Source of the DNA: Arenimonas sp.
GTDB taxonomy: Bacteria > Pseudomonadota > Gammaproteobacteria > Xanthomonadales > Xanthomonadaceae
Length of the DNA: 64,000 bases
Direction of reading: 5' to 3'
Assembly: GCF_047602345.1 (NCBI RefSeq)
Contig: NZ_JASGHN010000001.1
Span: 41,668-105,667 of the forward strand
The position numbers and the translations under genes are program-made. How positions within the stretch are numbered: the first letter of the stretch is position 1; every line of letters starts with the position of its first letter. Shown one piece after another: positions 37,268-51,788 of the stretch. The notes beneath the pieces were generated by a model. The model made no database searches. It was not told where the DNA came from and saw only the letters and a program-made list of their open reading frames with translations.

Positions 37268-38002
37268 TCATCCGCCGGGCGCGATGTCTTCCGTCGGCCA
37301 CAACAGGCGGCCGCCGGCCTTCTTGCGGATCTGCTCGAGCCTGGCCGCATGCGCCGCCAGCTCGCCGGCATCGGCTCGGAGTACGCGTCGGCTGGCCGGC
37401 GTGCCGGACTGCAGCGCGATGGTGGGCGTCGCTTCGCGCTGCGCTTTCGCCTGCGCCGCCGCCATGCTCAGACCCAGGTCGCCCTGCCCGGCCGTCATGG
37501 ACAGATAGACCTCGGCCAGCAGCTCGGCGTCGAGCAGGGCGCCGTGCAGCTTGCGATGCGCGTTGTCCACGCCCAGTCGCTTGCACAGCGCATCGAGGGA
37601 GTTGCGCTGCCCCGGATAACGCTCGCGCGCCAGGGGCAAGGTATCGAGCACGCCCGAATGCTCGCGGATGCGCCCGTAGTGCGGGCCGGCCAGGGACAGT
37701 TCGTTGTCGAGGAAGCCGACGTCGAACTCGGCGTTGTGGATGATCAACTCGGCCCCGCGGATGAATTCGAGGAATTCGTCGACCACTTGCGGGAAACGAG
37801 GCTTGTCCGACAGGAATTCGCGCGTCAGGCCGGTCACTTCCTGGGCGCCCGCCTCCATCTCGCGGTCAGGGTTGAGGTAACGATGGAAATGCCGACCGGT
37901 CGGCCGACGCTCCAGCAGTTCGATGCAACCGATCTCGACGACGCGATTGCCGCGTTCCCATGAAAGTCCGGTCGTTTCCGTGTCGAGAACCACCTGCCGC
38001 AT
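37268..38002 (-). CDS. dnaQ: DNA polymerase III epsilon subunit
   Basis: VLDTETTG, HNAEFDVGFL, HGALLDAELL. Confidence 0.97.
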   Translation of the reverse strand: MRQVVLDTETTGLSWERGNRVVEIGCIELLERRPTGRHFHRYLNPDREMEAGAQEVTGLTREFLSDKPRFPQVVDEFLEFIRGAELIIHNAEFDVGFLDNELSLAGPHYGRIREHSGVLDTLPLARERYPGQRNSLDALCKRLGVDNAHRKLHGALLDAELLAEVYLSMTAGQGDLGLSMAAAQAKAQREATPTIALQSGTPASRRVLRADAGELAAHAARLEQIRKKAGGRLLWPTEDIAPGG

Positions 38003-38451
38003 CAGCCCATCTCCTTTTCGCGCATCGCCTCGGCCGCCTGTCGCGCCAATGCATCCACGCGCTCGTTGTCGGCATGACCGGCATGGCCTTTGACCCAACG
38101 CCAATCCACCTGATGGCGCGCTGCCGCCGCGTGCAGGCGCATCCACAGGTCCTGGTTCTTCACCGGATCGCCTCCCGATGTTTTCCAGTTCCGTCGCAAC
38201 CAGTTCGGCAGCCATTCGCCGATGCCCTGCTGGACGTATTTCGAATCGGTATGCAGCACCACTCGGCAGGCACTCTTCAACGCTTCCAGCGCCATGATCG
38301 CCGCCATCAGTTCCATGCGGTTGTTCGTCGTATGTGCTTCGCCGCCGGAGATCTCCCGTTCCGTCTTGCCATAACGCAACAGCGCGCCCCAGCCGCCGGG
38401 GCCAGGGTTGCCGAGGCAGGCGCCGTCGGTGTGGATCTCCACCTGCTTCAA
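38002..38451 (-). CDS. rnhA: Ribonuclease HI
   Basis: [43 protein letters not shown]. Confidence 0.98.
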   Translation of the reverse strand: MKQVEIHTDGACLGNPGPGGWGALLRYGKTEREISGGEAHTTNNRMELMAAIMALEALKSACRVVLHTDSKYVQQGIGEWLPNWLRRNWKTSGGDPVKNQDLWMRLHAAAARHQVDWRWVKGHAGHADNERVDALARQAAEAMREKEMG

Positions 38452-39152
38452 GAGCGCAGGGCTCCCGTCGTTACGCCGGGGCGCAGGCTGACGACCGACG
38501 CGGGTTTGCGCAGCGGCGTCAGTGGGCTTTCTCGCCGTCGCCAGACGCTGAGACGAGCCGAACGCAATCCGCCGAACCAGCCGCCATCGCGCGCATCGTT
38601 GTCGCTCGCTCCGTCGCCGCCGAGCCAGATCGGGCCGACCGGCTTGCGACGCACCACGTCCAGCCCGGCCTCATGGGCCAGGCGATCGAGGCGGGCGCCG
38701 CCGAAATGCCGCACGTCTCGGCCCAGCCAACGCCATCGACTCAGGGACCAGGGATTCAGGCTCAGGACCAGGGCCATGCCCTCGGGCTTGAGACAACGGG
38801 CGATTTCCTCGACCAGGGCCGTCGGCTGCGGGGATGTCTCCAGCACGAACAACGCATACACCAGGGACACGCTATGGCTGGCGATGGGCAGCTCGGCGTC
38901 ATCGCAGCGCAATTGACCGGCGAAGCCATCCTCGTTCCGGTACAGGCTGACGACGCGGGCCAGCATATTGCCCGACAGCTCCACCGCCACCTCGGGAATC
39001 GGGCGCAAGTACAGGCCGGTACTTCCGAATACTCGCGTCAGTTCGGGCACGCTCTCGCGCTGTGCCCGGGCCAGCAGGCCGCGCCCGACACGATTCCTGA
39101 ACCATTCGCAGAGGCGATGCTCGGGTTGACGGGGGGCAGGAACGGCGGGCAT
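38448..39152 (-). CDS. Class I SAM methyltransferase-like protein (YafS-like)
   Basis: [28 protein letters not shown]; conserved position between rnhA and gloB. Confidence 0.75.
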   Translation of the reverse strand: MPAVPAPRQPEHRLCEWFRNRVGRGLLARAQRESVPELTRVFGSTGLYLRPIPEVAVELSGNMLARVVSLYRNEDGFAGQLRCDDAELPIASHSVSLVYALFVLETSPQPTALVEEIARCLKPEGMALVLSLNPWSLSRWRWLGRDVRHFGGARLDRLAHEAGLDVVRRKPVGPIWLGGDGASDNDARDGGWFGGLRSARLSVWRRRESPLTPLRKPASVVSLRPGVTTGALRS

Positions 39153-39196
39153 GGTCGCGATTCTGCGGCAAACCGCCAGACAGGTCACCTGCTCAG

Positions 39197-39967
39197 ATGC
39201 TTTCCCTGCGCCCGCTGCCGGCGTTCGAAGACAACTACATCTGGACCCTGGCCACCGGCGACGGGCGGGCCGTCGTGGTCGACCCCGGCGATGCCGAGGT
39301 GGTCCTGCGCGAGATGCAGGCCGGGCTGCGGCCGGTCGCCATCCTCGTGACGCACCACCATCCGGACCATATCGGCGGCCTGGAACGACTGATGGCGACG
39401 GGCGACCTGCCCTGCTACGCGCCGGACGACGCCCGCATCCCGATCGCAACGCGTCGCGTCGGCGCGGGCGATACCGTGGTGGTGGAGGCATTGGATCTGA
39501 GTTTCGACGTCTTCGACGTTCCCGGCCATACCCGCAGCCACATCGCCTTCCGAGCCGACGAGTGGCTGTTCTGCGGCGACACGCTGTTCAGCCTGGGCTG
39601 CGGTCGACTGTTCGAAGGCACGCCGGCGCAGATGCTCGGCTCGCTGGACCGCCTGAGCGCATTGCCCGACGACACCCTCGTCTGCTGCACGCACGAATAC
39701 ACCGAGGCCAACGGCCGATTCGCGCGAGCCGCCGAACCGGACAATCCGGCACGCGATCGCTATCTGGAACACGTGGGCGGGCTGCGTGCCGCCGCGCGGC
39801 CTTCGTTACCGAGCACGGTCGGGATCGAACGCGCCTGCAATCCCTTCCTGCGCACCGACGAGCCCGGGCTCCGCGCCAGCATCGAGCGGCATTGCGGCAG
39901 GAAGCTGGATTCGCGGCTTGAAGCGTTTGCCGAACTGCGCGCCTGGAAGGACGGATTCCGCGCATGA
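39197..39967 (+). CDS. gloB: Hydroxyacylglutathione hydrolase (glyoxalase II)
   Basis: AFEDNYIW, THHHPDHIGG, PGHT, FCGDTLF, CTHEYT. Confidence 0.96.
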   Translation: MLSLRPLPAFEDNYIWTLATGDGRAVVVDPGDAEVVLREMQAGLRPVAILVTHHHPDHIGGLERLMATGDLPCYAPDDARIPIATRRVGAGDTVVVEALDLSFDVFDVPGHTRSHIAFRADEWLFCGDTLFSLGCGRLFEGTPAQMLGSLDRLSALPDDTLVCCTHEYTEANGRFARAAEPDNPARDRYLEHVGGLRAAARPSLPSTVGIERACNPFLRTDEPGLRASIERHCGRKLDSRLEAFAELRAWKDGFRA

Positions 39968-41199
39968 TCCGACTACGTCCGCTCACACTTTCGCTCGGCC
40001 TGTTGCTGTCAGGGGCGGCGCTCGCCCAGGATCCGGCGCTTACCTCCAGCGAACCAGCGACTGCGCCGGAAACGCCGGTCGCCACCGATGCGCCGCCGAT
40101 GGCCACTCCGAAGACGGACGCGGCCGCGCAACCAGCGCCGGTCGAGCTTGCGCAGGCGCTGGTGCCGGACGATTTGCGCGTCGGCGCCGTGCTCGCCCGA
40201 CTCTCCGCGCGTCTGGATCCTTCCGATTGCGATGCCGGTCCCGACGCATTGGCCTGGCAGAAGAAGTACGCGCACAACCCGCGCGCGTTCGCCGACCACG
40301 TCACCCAGATCATGCCGCTGCTCGAGTTCGTGCTTTCGGAAATCGAGCGCCAGGATCTGCCCGGCGAATTCGCCCTGATTCCGATCATAGAAAGCTGGTA
40401 CCAACCCAACGCGATCGGCATCGGCGGTCCGGCCGGGATGTGGCAGATGATCGCGAGCACTGCGCGCAACCACGGGGTAACGATCCGCAACGGTTACGAC
40501 GGGCGCCTGTCGCCAGTGGAATCCACCCGCGCCGCGCTCTCCTATCTCGAAACCCTGCACGGCATGTTCGGCGAGTGGCAGGCCACCGTGATGGCTTACA
40601 ACGCCGGCGAATACCGCCTGATCAATTCGTTCCGCCGCGACGGCAACCGCGAAGTGTCCGCCGCCAAACGACTGCCGCGCGGCCTGTCGCCGATCACCTA
40701 CAACTATGTGCACAAGCTGCAGGCCCTCTCCTGCCTGCTGGGTGGCCGCGGCCGCGAAACGGTGCCGTTCCCCGTGCATTCGCAGATCGATCGCCTTGCC
40801 CCCATCCTGGTCGGCGAAGACATCGACTCGATGAAACGGCTCGCGACAGGGAGCGGCCTCGACGACGACCGCTTGCGTCGCCTCAACCCCGGCCACAAGC
40901 ACGGCCGCTTCGTGGCTGGCGCACCCCGCCTGATCCTGATGCCGGCAAGCATGCAGGCCGCCATTCTTCCCATGCCGCAGGGTTCGGACATGGCGCAGCT
41001 GGCGGCTGACGCTGCGCCCTCGGACCCCACGCCGGAACCTGCCGTCGACGAGCGACGTATGCACCGAGTCGGATCGGGAGAGACGCTATGGTCCATCGCC
41101 AAACGCTATGGCCTGAGCATCGACGTCCTGCGCCAGATCAATCGGCTCGGTCGCCGGTCGGTCCTGCGTCCCGGCCAGCAACTGTTCGTTTCGCCCTGA
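39964..41199 (+). CDS. mltD: Membrane-bound lytic murein transglycosylase D (SLT + LysM)
   Basis: [21 protein letters not shown]-terminal Lys[18 protein letters not shown]. Confidence 0.85.
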   Translation: MIRLRPLTLSLGLLLSGAALAQDPALTSSEPATAPETPVATDAPPMATPKTDAAAQPAPVELAQALVPDDLRVGAVLARLSARLDPSDCDAGPDALAWQKKYAHNPRAFADHVTQIMPLLEFVLSEIERQDLPGEFALIPIIESWYQPNAIGIGGPAGMWQMIASTARNHGVTIRNGYDGRLSPVESTRAALSYLETLHGMFGEWQATVMAYNAGEYRLINSFRRDGNREVSAAKRLPRGLSPITYNYVHKLQALSCLLGGRGRETVPFPVHSQIDRLAPILVGEDIDSMKRLATGSGLDDDRLRRLNPGHKHGRFVAGAPRLILMPASMQAAILPMPQGSDMAQLAADAAPSDPTPEPAVDERRMHRVGSGETLWSIAKRYGLSIDVLRQINRLGRRSVLRPGQQLFVSP

Positions 41200-41302
41200 G
41201 CCATGCTTGGCGGTACGGACGGGCAGCAGGCAAACTAGCCGTCCTGCGGCGGATGCCGTAGTACTCGCATTGGCAACAGGGCGCTGGCCCGAAGGAGAAG
41301 AC

Positions 41303-42094
41303 ATGGGATTCCTGAGCGGCAAGCGCGCCCTGATCACCGGCATCGCCAGCCAGCGTTCGATCGCCAACGGCATCGCCGAAGCGATGCGTCGCGAAGGCGC
41401 CGAACTGGCGTTCACCTATCAGAACGAAAAACTCAAGTCGCGCGTGCAGGAAGCCGCGGCCGAATACGGCTCGGACATCGTCTTGCCGCTCGACGTCGCC
41501 AACGACGCCGAGATCGACGAATGCTTCGCCGACCTCGGCCGACGCTGGGATGGCTTGGATATCCTCGTGCATTCGATCGGCTTCGCGCCGCGCGAAGCCA
41601 TCGAAGGCGAGTACCTGGCCGGCCTGAACCGGGAGAACTTCCGTATCGCCCACGACATCTCGGCCTACTCGCTTTCCGCCCTGGCGAAAGCCGCGCGCCC
41701 GATGATGCAAGGTCGCAACGGCAGCATCCTGACGCTCAGCTACCTGGGCGCGGAACGCGCGCTGGCCAACTACAACGTGATGGGCGTGGCCAAGGCGGCG
41801 CTCGAGGCCAGCGTGCGCTACTTGGCGCTGAACCTCGGCCCGGAAGGCACGCGCGTCAATGCCATTTCGGCCGGGCCGATCAAGACGCTGGCGGCGGCGG
41901 GCATCTCGAACTTCCGCAAGATGCTGACGCATGTCGAAGAGTACGCGCCGCTGCGCCGCAGCGTGACGATCGAGGACGTCGGCAATGTCGCGGCCTTCCT
42001 CTGCTCGGACCTCGCCGCCGGCGTCACCGGCGAAGTCACCTACGTCGATGCCGGTTACAACGTGCTGGGAATGACGGGCATCGAAGGCGTCTGA
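41303..42094 (+). CDS. fabI: Enoyl-ACP reductase
   Basis: [38 protein letters not shown]. Confidence 0.97.
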   Translation: MGFLSGKRALITGIASQRSIANGIAEAMRREGAELAFTYQNEKLKSRVQEAAAEYGSDIVLPLDVANDAEIDECFADLGRRWDGLDILVHSIGFAPREAIEGEYLAGLNRENFRIAHDISAYSLSALAKAARPMMQGRNGSILTLSYLGAERALANYNVMGVAKAALEASVRYLALNLGPEGTRVNAISAGPIKTLAAAGISNFRKMLTHVEEYAPLRRSVTIEDVGNVAAFLCSDLAAGVTGEVTYVDAGYNVLGMTGIEGV

Positions 42095-42117
42095 ACGCCG
42101 CGCTCCAAGCCGCAAAG

Positions 42118-42145
42118 AAAAAGGCCCGGGAAACCGGGCCTTTTT
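42118..42145. terminator. Bidirectional terminator between fabI and ppiD
   Basis: AAAAAGGCCCGG-GAAA-CCGGGCCTTTTT. Confidence 0.9.
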
Positions 42146-42162
42146 CGTCGTCGCGCCAAGAC

Positions 42163-44121
42163 TCAAAGCCTGTCTTCGGCGACCTTGATCGTGTACTGCT
42201 TGCGCAGTGACTTCACGTAAGCGCGCAAGTCGACCAAACCGCGCGCCTGGGCGAACTGTTCCAGCACGCGCGCGCGAGTGGCGGCGTCGAGCTCGCTGAC
42301 GTTGCCATCGGTCACCTTCGTCACCGTGATCAGCGCGTAGCGGTCGGGCGCGTACTTGGCCATTCCCGCATCGAGCTGGTCGCCCTTCGGTGCCGCCACG
42401 CGGAAAACTTCCGCGACCAGGGCCGGCGGCAGTTGCGTTGCGGCAGCCTGCCGCATCAGACCCGGCATTTCGAATACTTTGCCGCCGAGCTCGGCAGCCA
42501 GGGCGTCCATGCTCTCGCCCTTCTTCAAGCGCGCCAACAGCGCCTCGGCATTGGCCTTGGTCGCCTTGGCGATGCGATCGGCATTGACGTCGCCGATCAC
42601 GCGATCGCGAACCTGGGCCAAAGGCGTGGCCGCCGACGGCTTGTGCTCGATCACATGCAACACGACGATGTGGTTCGGCGAAATCTCCACCGGGTCGCTG
42701 ACCTGGCGCTCGTTCTTCTGCTCGTCCGCGAACGCGGCCTTGCGAACCGGTTCGAGCGCGGCAATGCCGTCGCCGCGATTGCTGGTGAACGATCCCGTGC
42801 GCTGCACGCTCAGCCCCACCGACTTGGCCGCCGTCGCCAGCGACTCGGGGTTGGCGTAGACGGCATCGACGAGCTTGCCGCTGATTTCGTTGAAGCGACG
42901 CTCGCGTTCGCCCTCGAGATATTCCGATTCGAGCTGCGCGCGGACTTCGGCGAAACTCTTGCCGGCGCCGGTGCTCTTGAGTTCGCGCAGCTGGATCACG
43001 CTCCAGCCCTCGGGCATGCGCACCGGATCGCTGACCTGCCCTTGCTGCATGCCGAAAACCGCTTTGTCGAAAGCCTGGCCGAAGGTGTCCTTCTGTACCA
43101 GCCCAAGGTCGCCACCACCGTCCTTCGAACCCAGGTCGTCGGAGTACTGGCGCGCCAGCGCGGCGAAATCGGCGCCCGGCAGACGGGCCTTGGATGCGAT
43201 GTCGCGCGCTTTCGCCTGCGCCGCGTCCCAGGCTGAAGCCGGTGCCTTGGGGTCGACCTTGACCAGGATGTGGGCGACATAACGTTCTTCCGATCCGCCG
43301 AATCGCGATTTCTCGCTTTCGTAGCGCGCCAGCAGAGCCTTCTCGTCGGCGACCACGTCGACCGCCACGTTGGCGGCATCCAGCTCCACGTACTCGATGG
43401 CGACGCTTTCCTCGCTGCGGTACTTGGCGGCATGACCGTCGTACCAGGCCTTGATCTCGGCGTCGGTCGGCGGCATCGGCGGAATCGTGGCTACCGGCAC
43501 TTCCAGCGCGCGCGCATCGCGCTTCTGGCCGCTGAGGCGGATGAACTCCGCGAGCTCCTTCTCGCCGGCGACCGCCGACTCGGAAATCTGGCGGGGAAGC
43601 AGTTCCTTCTGCAGGCCTTCGCGCACCTGCTGCTGGAACTGTTGCGGCGTCACCGGCGGCTGCTGCATCTGCAAGGCCAGCTGGTATTGGGTGGCGTCGA
43701 ACTTGCCGTTGGTCTGGAAGGATTCGATGCCCATGATCTCCTTCTGCACCACCGAGTCCGGAACCACGATGCCGTCGCGCTCGGCGACCATCGCCAGCAG
43801 GGCTTCGTCGATCAGCATGTCGAGGATGCGGCGCTTGTTCTCCACCGTCTCGAATTCGGCCGCGTTGAAATTCTCGCCCTGGGACTGGCGCTCGCGCGCA
43901 CGCATCGCGTCGAACCGGGCGCGGAACTCGTTCGTGCCGACGTCCTTGGTCTGCTTGCCGAAGCTGAGGAACTTCGCCGGGCCCTCGATGCGTGCGGCAT
44001 AGTTTTCGACGTCCGGCGTGAGGTAAGTCTCGATGCCGAAAAAGGCCATCGTCAGGATGATCAGCCCGAGGATGATGGTGGCGATCCAGCCTGAGGTTTT
44101 TTCGCGAATGCTCTGCAGCAT
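42163..44121 (-). CDS. ppiD: Periplasmic chaperone / parvulin PPIase PpiD
   Basis: MLQSIREK N-terminal anchor, HILV, FAALARQYSDD.GS...GGDLG; lon-hupB-ppiD synteny. Confidence 0.92.
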   Translation of the reverse strand: MLQSIREKTSGWIATIILGLIILTMAFFGIETYLTPDVENYAARIEGPAKFLSFGKQTKDVGTNEFRARFDAMRARERQSQGENFNAAEFETVENKRRILDMLIDEALLAMVAERDGIVVPDSVVQKEIMGIESFQTNGKFDATQYQLALQMQQPPVTPQQFQQQVREGLQKELLPRQISESAVAGEKELAEFIRLSGQKRDARALEVPVATIPPMPPTDAEIKAWYDGHAAKYRSEESVAIEYVELDAANVAVDVVADEKALLARYESEKSRFGGSEERYVAHILVKVDPKAPASAWDAAQAKARDIASKARLPGADFAALARQYSDDLGSKDGGGDLGLVQKDTFGQAFDKAVFGMQQGQVSDPVRMPEGWSVIQLRELKSTGAGKSFAEVRAQLESEYLEGERERRFNEISGKLVDAVYANPESLATAAKSVGLSVQRTGSFTSNRGDGIAALEPVRKAAFADEQKNERQVSDPVEISPNHIVVLHVIEHKPSAATPLAQVRDRVIGDVNADRIAKATKANAEALLARLKKGESMDALAAELGGKVFEMPGLMRQAAATQLPPALVAEVFRVAAPKGDQLDAGMAKYAPDRYALITVTKVTDGNVSELDAATRARVLEQFAQARGLVDLRAYVKSLRKQYTIKVAEDRL

Positions 44122-44162
44122 AGTTTTTTCGCCAGTGTGATCGGTGCCGACGGACGGGCCGT

Positions 44163-44192
44163 AAAAAACAAGGGCGCCTGCTAGGGCGCCCT
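44163..44192 (-). terminator. Terminator after tRNA-Asp
   Basis: AGGGCGCC/GGCGCCCT stem with a T-tract on the minus strand. Confidence 0.75.
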
Positions 44193-44199
44193 CGGGGTA

Positions 44200-44276
44200 T
44201 GGCGGAGTGGACGGGACTCGAACCCGCGACCTCCGGCGTGACAGGCCAGCATTCTAACCGACTGAACTACCACTCC
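44200..44276 (-). tRNA. tRNA-Asp(GTC)
   Basis: 77-nt cloverleaf, anticodon loop CT-GTC-AC, CCA. Confidence 0.97.
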
Positions 44277-44298
44277 GCGTTTCTTTACCAGGGGTGCT

Positions 44299-44373
44299 TG
44301 GTGGGTGCTGAGGGTTTCGAACCCCCGACCCTCTCCGTGTAAGGGAGACGCTCTACCGCTGAGCTAAGCACCC
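44299..44373 (-). tRNA. tRNA-Val(TAC)
   Basis: 75-nt cloverleaf, anticodon loop CT-TAC-AC, CCA. Confidence 0.97.
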
Positions 44374-44384
44374 CAGGGAGACGA

Positions 44385-44657
44385 CTAGTTTACGGCATCC
44401 TTGAGGGCTTTGCCAGCCTTGAACACGGGGTTCTTGGAGGCCTTGATCTTGATGGTCTCGCCGGTCTGGGGGTTACGACCGTCGCGGGCGGCGCGCTTGC
44501 GAACCGTGAAGGTACCGAAACCCACCAGGGTGACGTCGTCGCCTTTCTTCAAGGACTTCTTGATGACTTCGATCGCCGCATCGATGGCGCGTCCGGCGTC
44601 GGCCTTGGACAGTTCGGCGGCATCGGCGACGGCGCTGACAAGTTCGTTTTTGTTCAT
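44385..44657 (-). CDS. hupB: HU DNA-binding protein
   Basis: [35 protein letters not shown]. Confidence 0.96.
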   Translation of the reverse strand: MNKNELVSAVADAAELSKADAGRAIDAAIEVIKKSLKKGDDVTLVGFGTFTVRKRAARDGRNPQTGETIKIKASKNPVFKAGKALKDAVN

Positions 44658-44850
44658 TCGTGACTCCCTGGGCGGATGGGGTATCCGCGGTTCGTGTATT
44701 CGATGCCGCGCTGCGCGCGGATCGCTCCTCCTGTACCTCGGCGCTGCTGCGGGCAGCGCCATCGGTTGAAAACTTTATACCAGCGCGCATATCGGCGCGC
44801 AACCGGAAAGCCGCGCCACCAGCGGCTTTCCGGCGTTTTTCTCGCGTTGT

Positions 44851-47292
<2,442 letters not shown>

Positions 47293-47431
47293 CAGTGCTC
47301 CTGTATCCGGCGTCGTACAACGACATTATCGGGGCACGCCCATCGCGCCGCGACCTGAACCGGCCTTTCCCCGCACATGGGGGCGACGCGACGCGCTTGC
47401 AAGCAAGATACGACGACCGGCGGAAAAACGA

Positions 47432-47455
47432 AACGGGCCGGCAAGCCGGCCCGTT
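47432..47455 (-). terminator. Terminator after clpX
   Basis: AACGGGCCGGC/GCCGGCCCGTT inverted repeat with a T-tract. Confidence 0.75.
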
Positions 47456-47477
47456 CAGGCAATCATCACACCGGCGT

Positions 47478-48761
47478 TCAGTCGCCGGACGCGGCCTTCG
47501 GCGCCGGCGCGTTGCTGTAGATCAGGTAGGGCTCGGTCTGGTGGTTGATCACCGACTCGTCCACCACGACCTTGCTGACGTTCTCCAGCGACGGCAAGTC
47601 GAACATGGTGTCGAGCAACACCGACTCCAGGATCGTGCGCAGGCCGCGCGCGCCGGTCTTGCGCTTCATCGCCTTGCGGGCGACGGCGAGCAAGGCATCC
47701 GGACGGATCTCGAGATCGACGTTCTCCATCTCGAACAGCTTGCGGAACTGCTTGCTGATGGCGTTCTTCGGCTCGGTCAGTATCTTCACCAGGGCCTGTT
47801 CGTCGAGTTCCTCCAGCGTCGCGACCACGGGCAAGCGGCCGACGAACTCGGGGATGAGGCCGAACTTGATCAGGTCCTCGGGCTCGACGTCGAACAACAG
47901 CTTGCTGGTATCAGCCTTGCGTTCGCTGCTCTTGACCTTGGCGCCGAAACCGATGCCGCCGGCTTCGGTGCTGCGCTGCTGGACGATCTTGTCCAGGCCG
48001 GCGAACGCGCCGCCGCAGATGAACAGCATGTTGCGCGTGTCGACCTGCAGGAACTCCTGCTGCGGATGCTTGCGTCCGCCCTGCGGCGGCACCGAGGCGA
48101 CAGTGCCCTCGATGAGCTTGAGCAGCGCCTGCTGCACGCCTTCGCCGGACACGTCGCGGGTGATCGACGGGTTCTCGCTCTTGCGCGAGATCTTGTCGAT
48201 CTCGTCGATGTAGACGATGCCGTTCTGCGCCTTCTCGACGTCGTAATCGCACTTCTGCAACAGCTTCTGGATGATGTTCTCGACGTCCTCGCCGACATAG
48301 CCGGCTTCGGTCAGCGTCGTCGCGTCGGCGATCGTGAACGGCACGTTGAGCAGGCGCGCCAGCGTCTCGGCGAGCAAGGTCTTGCCCGAACCGGTCGGAC
48401 CGATCAGCAGGATGTTGGACTTCGACAGCTCGATGTCGTCGTTCTTCAGACGCGACTCGATGCGCTTGTAATGGTTGTAGACGGCCACGGAGAGCGTTTT
48501 CTTCGCCCGCGGCTGGCCGATGACGTACTGGTCGAGCACGTCGAGGATCTCGCGCGGCTTCGGCAGGTGGCTGCGCGCCGCGTGCGCCTTTTCCTCGAGC
48601 TCCTCGCGGATGATGTCGTTGCACAGCTCGACGCATTCATCGCAGATGAACACGCTGGGGCCGGCGATCAACTTGCGGACTTCGTGCTGGCTCTTGCCGC
48701 AGAAGGAGCAGTACAGGATCTTGCTGCTGTCGCCGGAACGGCTCTGACGGTCGTCAGTCAT
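47478..48761 (-). CDS. clpX: ClpX ATPase
   Basis: CSFCGK zinc finger, [20 protein letters not shown]. Confidence 0.98.
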   Translation of the reverse strand: MTDDRQSRSGDSSKILYCSFCGKSQHEVRKLIAGPSVFICDECVELCNDIIREELEEKAHAARSHLPKPREILDVLDQYVIGQPRAKKTLSVAVYNHYKRIESRLKNDDIELSKSNILLIGPTGSGKTLLAETLARLLNVPFTIADATTLTEAGYVGEDVENIIQKLLQKCDYDVEKAQNGIVYIDEIDKISRKSENPSITRDVSGEGVQQALLKLIEGTVASVPPQGGRKHPQQEFLQVDTRNMLFICGGAFAGLDKIVQQRSTEAGGIGFGAKVKSSERKADTSKLLFDVEPEDLIKFGLIPEFVGRLPVVATLEELDEQALVKILTEPKNAISKQFRKLFEMENVDLEIRPDALLAVARKAMKRKTGARGLRTILESVLLDTMFDLPSLENVSKVVVDESVINHQTEPYLIYSNAPAPKAASGD

Positions 48762-48887
48762 TGCTTGTTTACCCTGCCCTTGGGGCCTGAAACGGGGTCG
48801 AATCGAGGATAGCACAGGCCGCCCGGCGTCCCACCCGACCCCTGGTCAGGGCAGGAACGGCGCCGTGCGGGCCTGCGTACGGTGTGA

Positions 48888-49511
48888 TCAGGCGGCCTGG
48901 ATGCTGTCTTCGGGGCGGCGATCGAGGACCGCGTCGACGACGCCATAGGCCCGGGCTTCTTCGGCGGACATGAAATAGTCGCGCTCGACATCGCGCTCGA
49001 TCTTGTCCAGCGGCTGGCCGGTATTGGCGGCAAGCTCGGCGTTCAGCCTTTCGCGCAGGTACAGGATTTCCTTGGCCTGGATCGCGATATCGGTGGCCTG
49101 GCCCTGCGCGCCGCCGGAAGGCTGGTGGATCATCACGCGCGAGTTCGGGAGGATGTAGCGCTTGCCCTTCGCGCCGGCGGCCAGCAGGAAGGAACCCATG
49201 CTGCAGGCCTGGCCGACGCAGATGGTGCTGACATCGGGCTTGATGAAGCGCAGCGTGTCGTAGATCGCCAGGCCGGCGGTGACGATGCCGCCCGGCGAAT
49301 TGATGTACAGGCTGATGTCCTTCTCGGGGTTGTCCGCTTCGAGGAACAACAGCTGGGCGACCACCACATTGGCCATGTAGTCGTCGATGGGCCCGACGAG
49401 GAAGATGACGCGTTCCTTCAGGAGGCGCGAATAGATATCGAACGCGCGTTCGCCGCGGCTGGTCTGTTCGACCACCATCGGCACCAGATTCAGACCCTTG
49501 GTTTCGTTCAT
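48888..49511 (-). CDS. clpP: ClpP protease
   Basis: [26 protein letters not shown]. Confidence 0.98.
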   Translation of the reverse strand: MNETKGLNLVPMVVEQTSRGERAFDIYSRLLKERVIFLVGPIDDYMANVVVAQLLFLEADNPEKDISLYINSPGGIVTAGLAIYDTLRFIKPDVSTICVGQACSMGSFLLAAGAKGKRYILPNSRVMIHQPSGGAQGQATDIAIQAKEILYLRERLNAELAANTGQPLDKIERDVERDYFMSAEEARAYGVVDAVLDRRPEDSIQAA

Positions 49512-49564
49512 CTCAACTCCTGACGCATGCTGGCCCGGGATGGCCGGGCCTGCGGATTCGCTGA

Positions 49565-50863
49565 TCAGCCGGCCGGACGCATGACCTCGGCGAAGCTGAG
49601 GTTGCGATCGGTGGCGTCGGCGCGCTCGGCGACCCAGTCCATGACCTGCTCTTCCAGCACTCGATTCTGCAGGCCACGCATGAGATTGGGATCGTTCCGG
49701 TAAAGTTCAATGACCTGAGCCGGCTCTTCGTAGGTCGACGCGATCAGGTTCATCGTCTCGCGAACGCGGCCCGTGTCCAGGGCGATGTCGTTCTGGCGGG
49801 CGATCTCGCCGACGAGCAGGCCGGCGGCCACGCGGTTACGCGCCGGAATCAGGAAATTGTCCGGCAACATCTTCACGTCCTGGCCCTGCTGACGCGCCTG
49901 TTCGGCGGCGGCGTTGGCCAGAGCGCGAGCCTCGCCTTCGACCATGCGCGGGGGCAGTTCGACGTGGGCATGCGCCTCGACCAGCTTGGTCGCCACTTCC
50001 ACGCGCAGCCTGTTCATCAAGGTGCCCTTGAGCTCGCGCTCGAGGTTGGAGCGCACTTCCTTGCGGAACTGCTCCGGCTTGCCGCTCTTGACGCCGAAGC
50101 TGCGGATGAAGGCCTCGTCCACTTCCGGAACGACCGGCTCGGAAACCTGCACGACCTTCACGGTGACCTTCGCGGTATGGCCGGCCAGGGCCGGTACGCG
50201 CCAGTCGCCCGGGAAGTTGGTTTCGATCGTCTTCTCGTCGCCGGCGCTCATGCCGACGAGCTGGGTTTCGATTTCCGGGTAGAGAACGTTAGAACCGAGC
50301 ACGGTCGCGCCCTGTTCGACGCCAGCGGCAGGAATGCGCTGGACGGCGGTTTCGGCATGCGTATCGACGCGAACGAAATCGCCGGCCTGGGCGCCGCGGT
50401 CCACCGGATTCCAGGTGCGGCGCTGCTGGCGCAGCGTTTCGATCATGTTGTCGACATCGCTGTCTTCGACCGTAGCATGGGCGCGCTCGAACTTGAGCTT
50501 GCTCACGTCGATGGTGCCGAAGTCGGGAACCACTTCGAAAGTCGCCGTATAGCGGATCTCGCCCTTGGCCTCTTCGGCTTCGCGGCGGATATCGGGATTG
50601 GTGGCCGGCTGCAGGTTTTCCTGGCGCACGGCCTGGTCGAAGGTCTCACGCACGAGTTCGCCGAAAGCCTCGGCGCGAACCTGCGCGCCGAAGCGCTGTT
50701 CGATGACCTTGGCCGGTACCTTGCCGGGACGGAATCCCTTCAGGTTGGCGGTGCGGGCGATTTCGCGCAGGCGATTGTCGACGACGCCGTCGAGGCGTTC
50801 GGCGGGCAGGGACACCGTCATGCGGCGTTCGAGGTTGGCGATGTTTTCGAGCGAAACTTGCAT
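49565..50863 (-). CDS. tig: Trigger factor
   Basis: GFRPGKVP ribosome-binding motif; upstream of clpP. Confidence 0.96.
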   Translation of the reverse strand: MQVSLENIANLERRMTVSLPAERLDGVVDNRLREIARTANLKGFRPGKVPAKVIEQRFGAQVRAEAFGELVRETFDQAVRQENLQPATNPDIRREAEEAKGEIRYTATFEVVPDFGTIDVSKLKFERAHATVEDSDVDNMIETLRQQRRTWNPVDRGAQAGDFVRVDTHAETAVQRIPAAGVEQGATVLGSNVLYPEIETQLVGMSAGDEKTIETNFPGDWRVPALAGHTAKVTVKVVQVSEPVVPEVDEAFIRSFGVKSGKPEQFRKEVRSNLERELKGTLMNRLRVEVATKLVEAHAHVELPPRMVEGEARALANAAAEQARQQGQDVKMLPDNFLIPARNRVAAGLLVGEIARQNDIALDTGRVRETMNLIASTYEEPAQVIELYRNDPNLMRGLQNRVLEEQVMDWVAERADATDRNLSFAEVMRPAG

Positions 50864-50949
50864 AACAACTCCTGGGAGCGCGCCGGCCGGGCGCGCAAAA
50901 TAAAAAACCCGCGTAGAGCCGAGTCGTCCCACGCGCCGACGCAAGCGTC

Positions 50950-51034
50950 TGGTGCGAAAGGTGGGACTCGAACCCACACGGGTTTCCCCACTGGAACCTA
51001 AATCCAGGGCGTCTACCAATTCCGCCACTTTCGC
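50950..51034 (-). tRNA. tRNA-Leu(TAG)
   Basis: 85-nt cloverleaf with variable arm, TT-TAG-GT. Confidence 0.97.
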
Positions 51035-51069
51035 TTGGCCGCGCGGGTGTCGATCGGACAGAAAAGAGT

Positions 51070-51145
51070 TGGTGGGCCGTGAAGGATTCGAACCTTCGAC
51101 CTATTGATTAAGAGTCAACTGCTCTACCAACTGAGCTAACGGCCC
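51070..51145 (-). tRNA. tRNA-Lys(CTT)
   Basis: 76 nt, CT-CTT-AA. Confidence 0.97.
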
Positions 51146-51199
51146 AATCTCTTTCCTGCCGTTACGGCAGCGGACGCGGCATTATGCCGCACCGGTAGC

Positions 51200-51276
51200 T
51201 GGGGTGGAAGACGGGACTCGAACCCGCGACCCTCGGAATCACAATCCGATGCTCTAACCGACTGAGCTACATCCAC
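51200..51276 (-). tRNA. tRNA-His(GTG)
   Basis: 77 nt including G-1, TT-GTG-AT. Confidence 0.97.
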
Positions 51277-51330
51277 CACAATTTTGTCGTTCCAGGGCAT
51301 GACCCCGGAACCTGGTCCTGCCGCCGCGTC

Positions 51331-51407
51331 TGGCGCGCCCGACAGGAATCGAACCTGTAACCGCCGGCTTAGAAGGCCGGTGCTCTATCCGGTTGAGCTA
51401 CGGGCGC
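51331..51407 (-). tRNA. tRNA-Arg(TCT)
   Basis: 77 nt, CT-TCT-AA. Confidence 0.97.
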
Positions 51408-51461
51408 TCGGCCGGGATTGTGCACGGAAGCCTCGGGAACCGCGACTGCGCCGGACCGGGA

Positions 51462-51538
51462 TGGTCGGGGTAGAGGGATTCGAACCCCCGACATCCTGCT
51501 CCCAAAGCAGGCGCGCTACCAGACTGCGCTATACCCCG
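51462..51538 (-). tRNA. tRNA-Pro(TGG)
   Basis: 77 nt, TT-TGG-GA. Confidence 0.97.
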
Positions 51539-51670
51539 AAGCTGCCCAGGCTGGCCGGAACCGCCTTGGAGATACTTTAAGGTGCCGAAGCCGACCCCCG
51601 CAAATCCGTCGCTACCGCCGCGAACAAAAAAGGTGCCGAAGCACCTGTCTTGTTTCGCCTGAAGCAAAAG

Positions 51671-51747
51671 TGGCGCGCCCGGAGAGATTCGAACTCCCGA
51701 CCACCAAGTTCGTAGCCTGGTGCTCTATCCAGCTGAGCTACGGGCGC
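51671..51747 (-). tRNA. tRNA-Arg(ACG)
   Basis: 77 nt, CT-ACG-AA. Confidence 0.97.
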
Positions 51748-51759
51748 AGCAGAAGCGGA

Positions 51760-51788
51760 ATTATGAAGGAGCCGGTTTTTCGCGTCAA
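51760..51788 (-). promoter_or_regulatory. Sigma70 promoter for the tRNA-Arg(ACG) cluster
   Basis: TTGACG-17 nt-CATAAT on the minus strand. Confidence 0.8.
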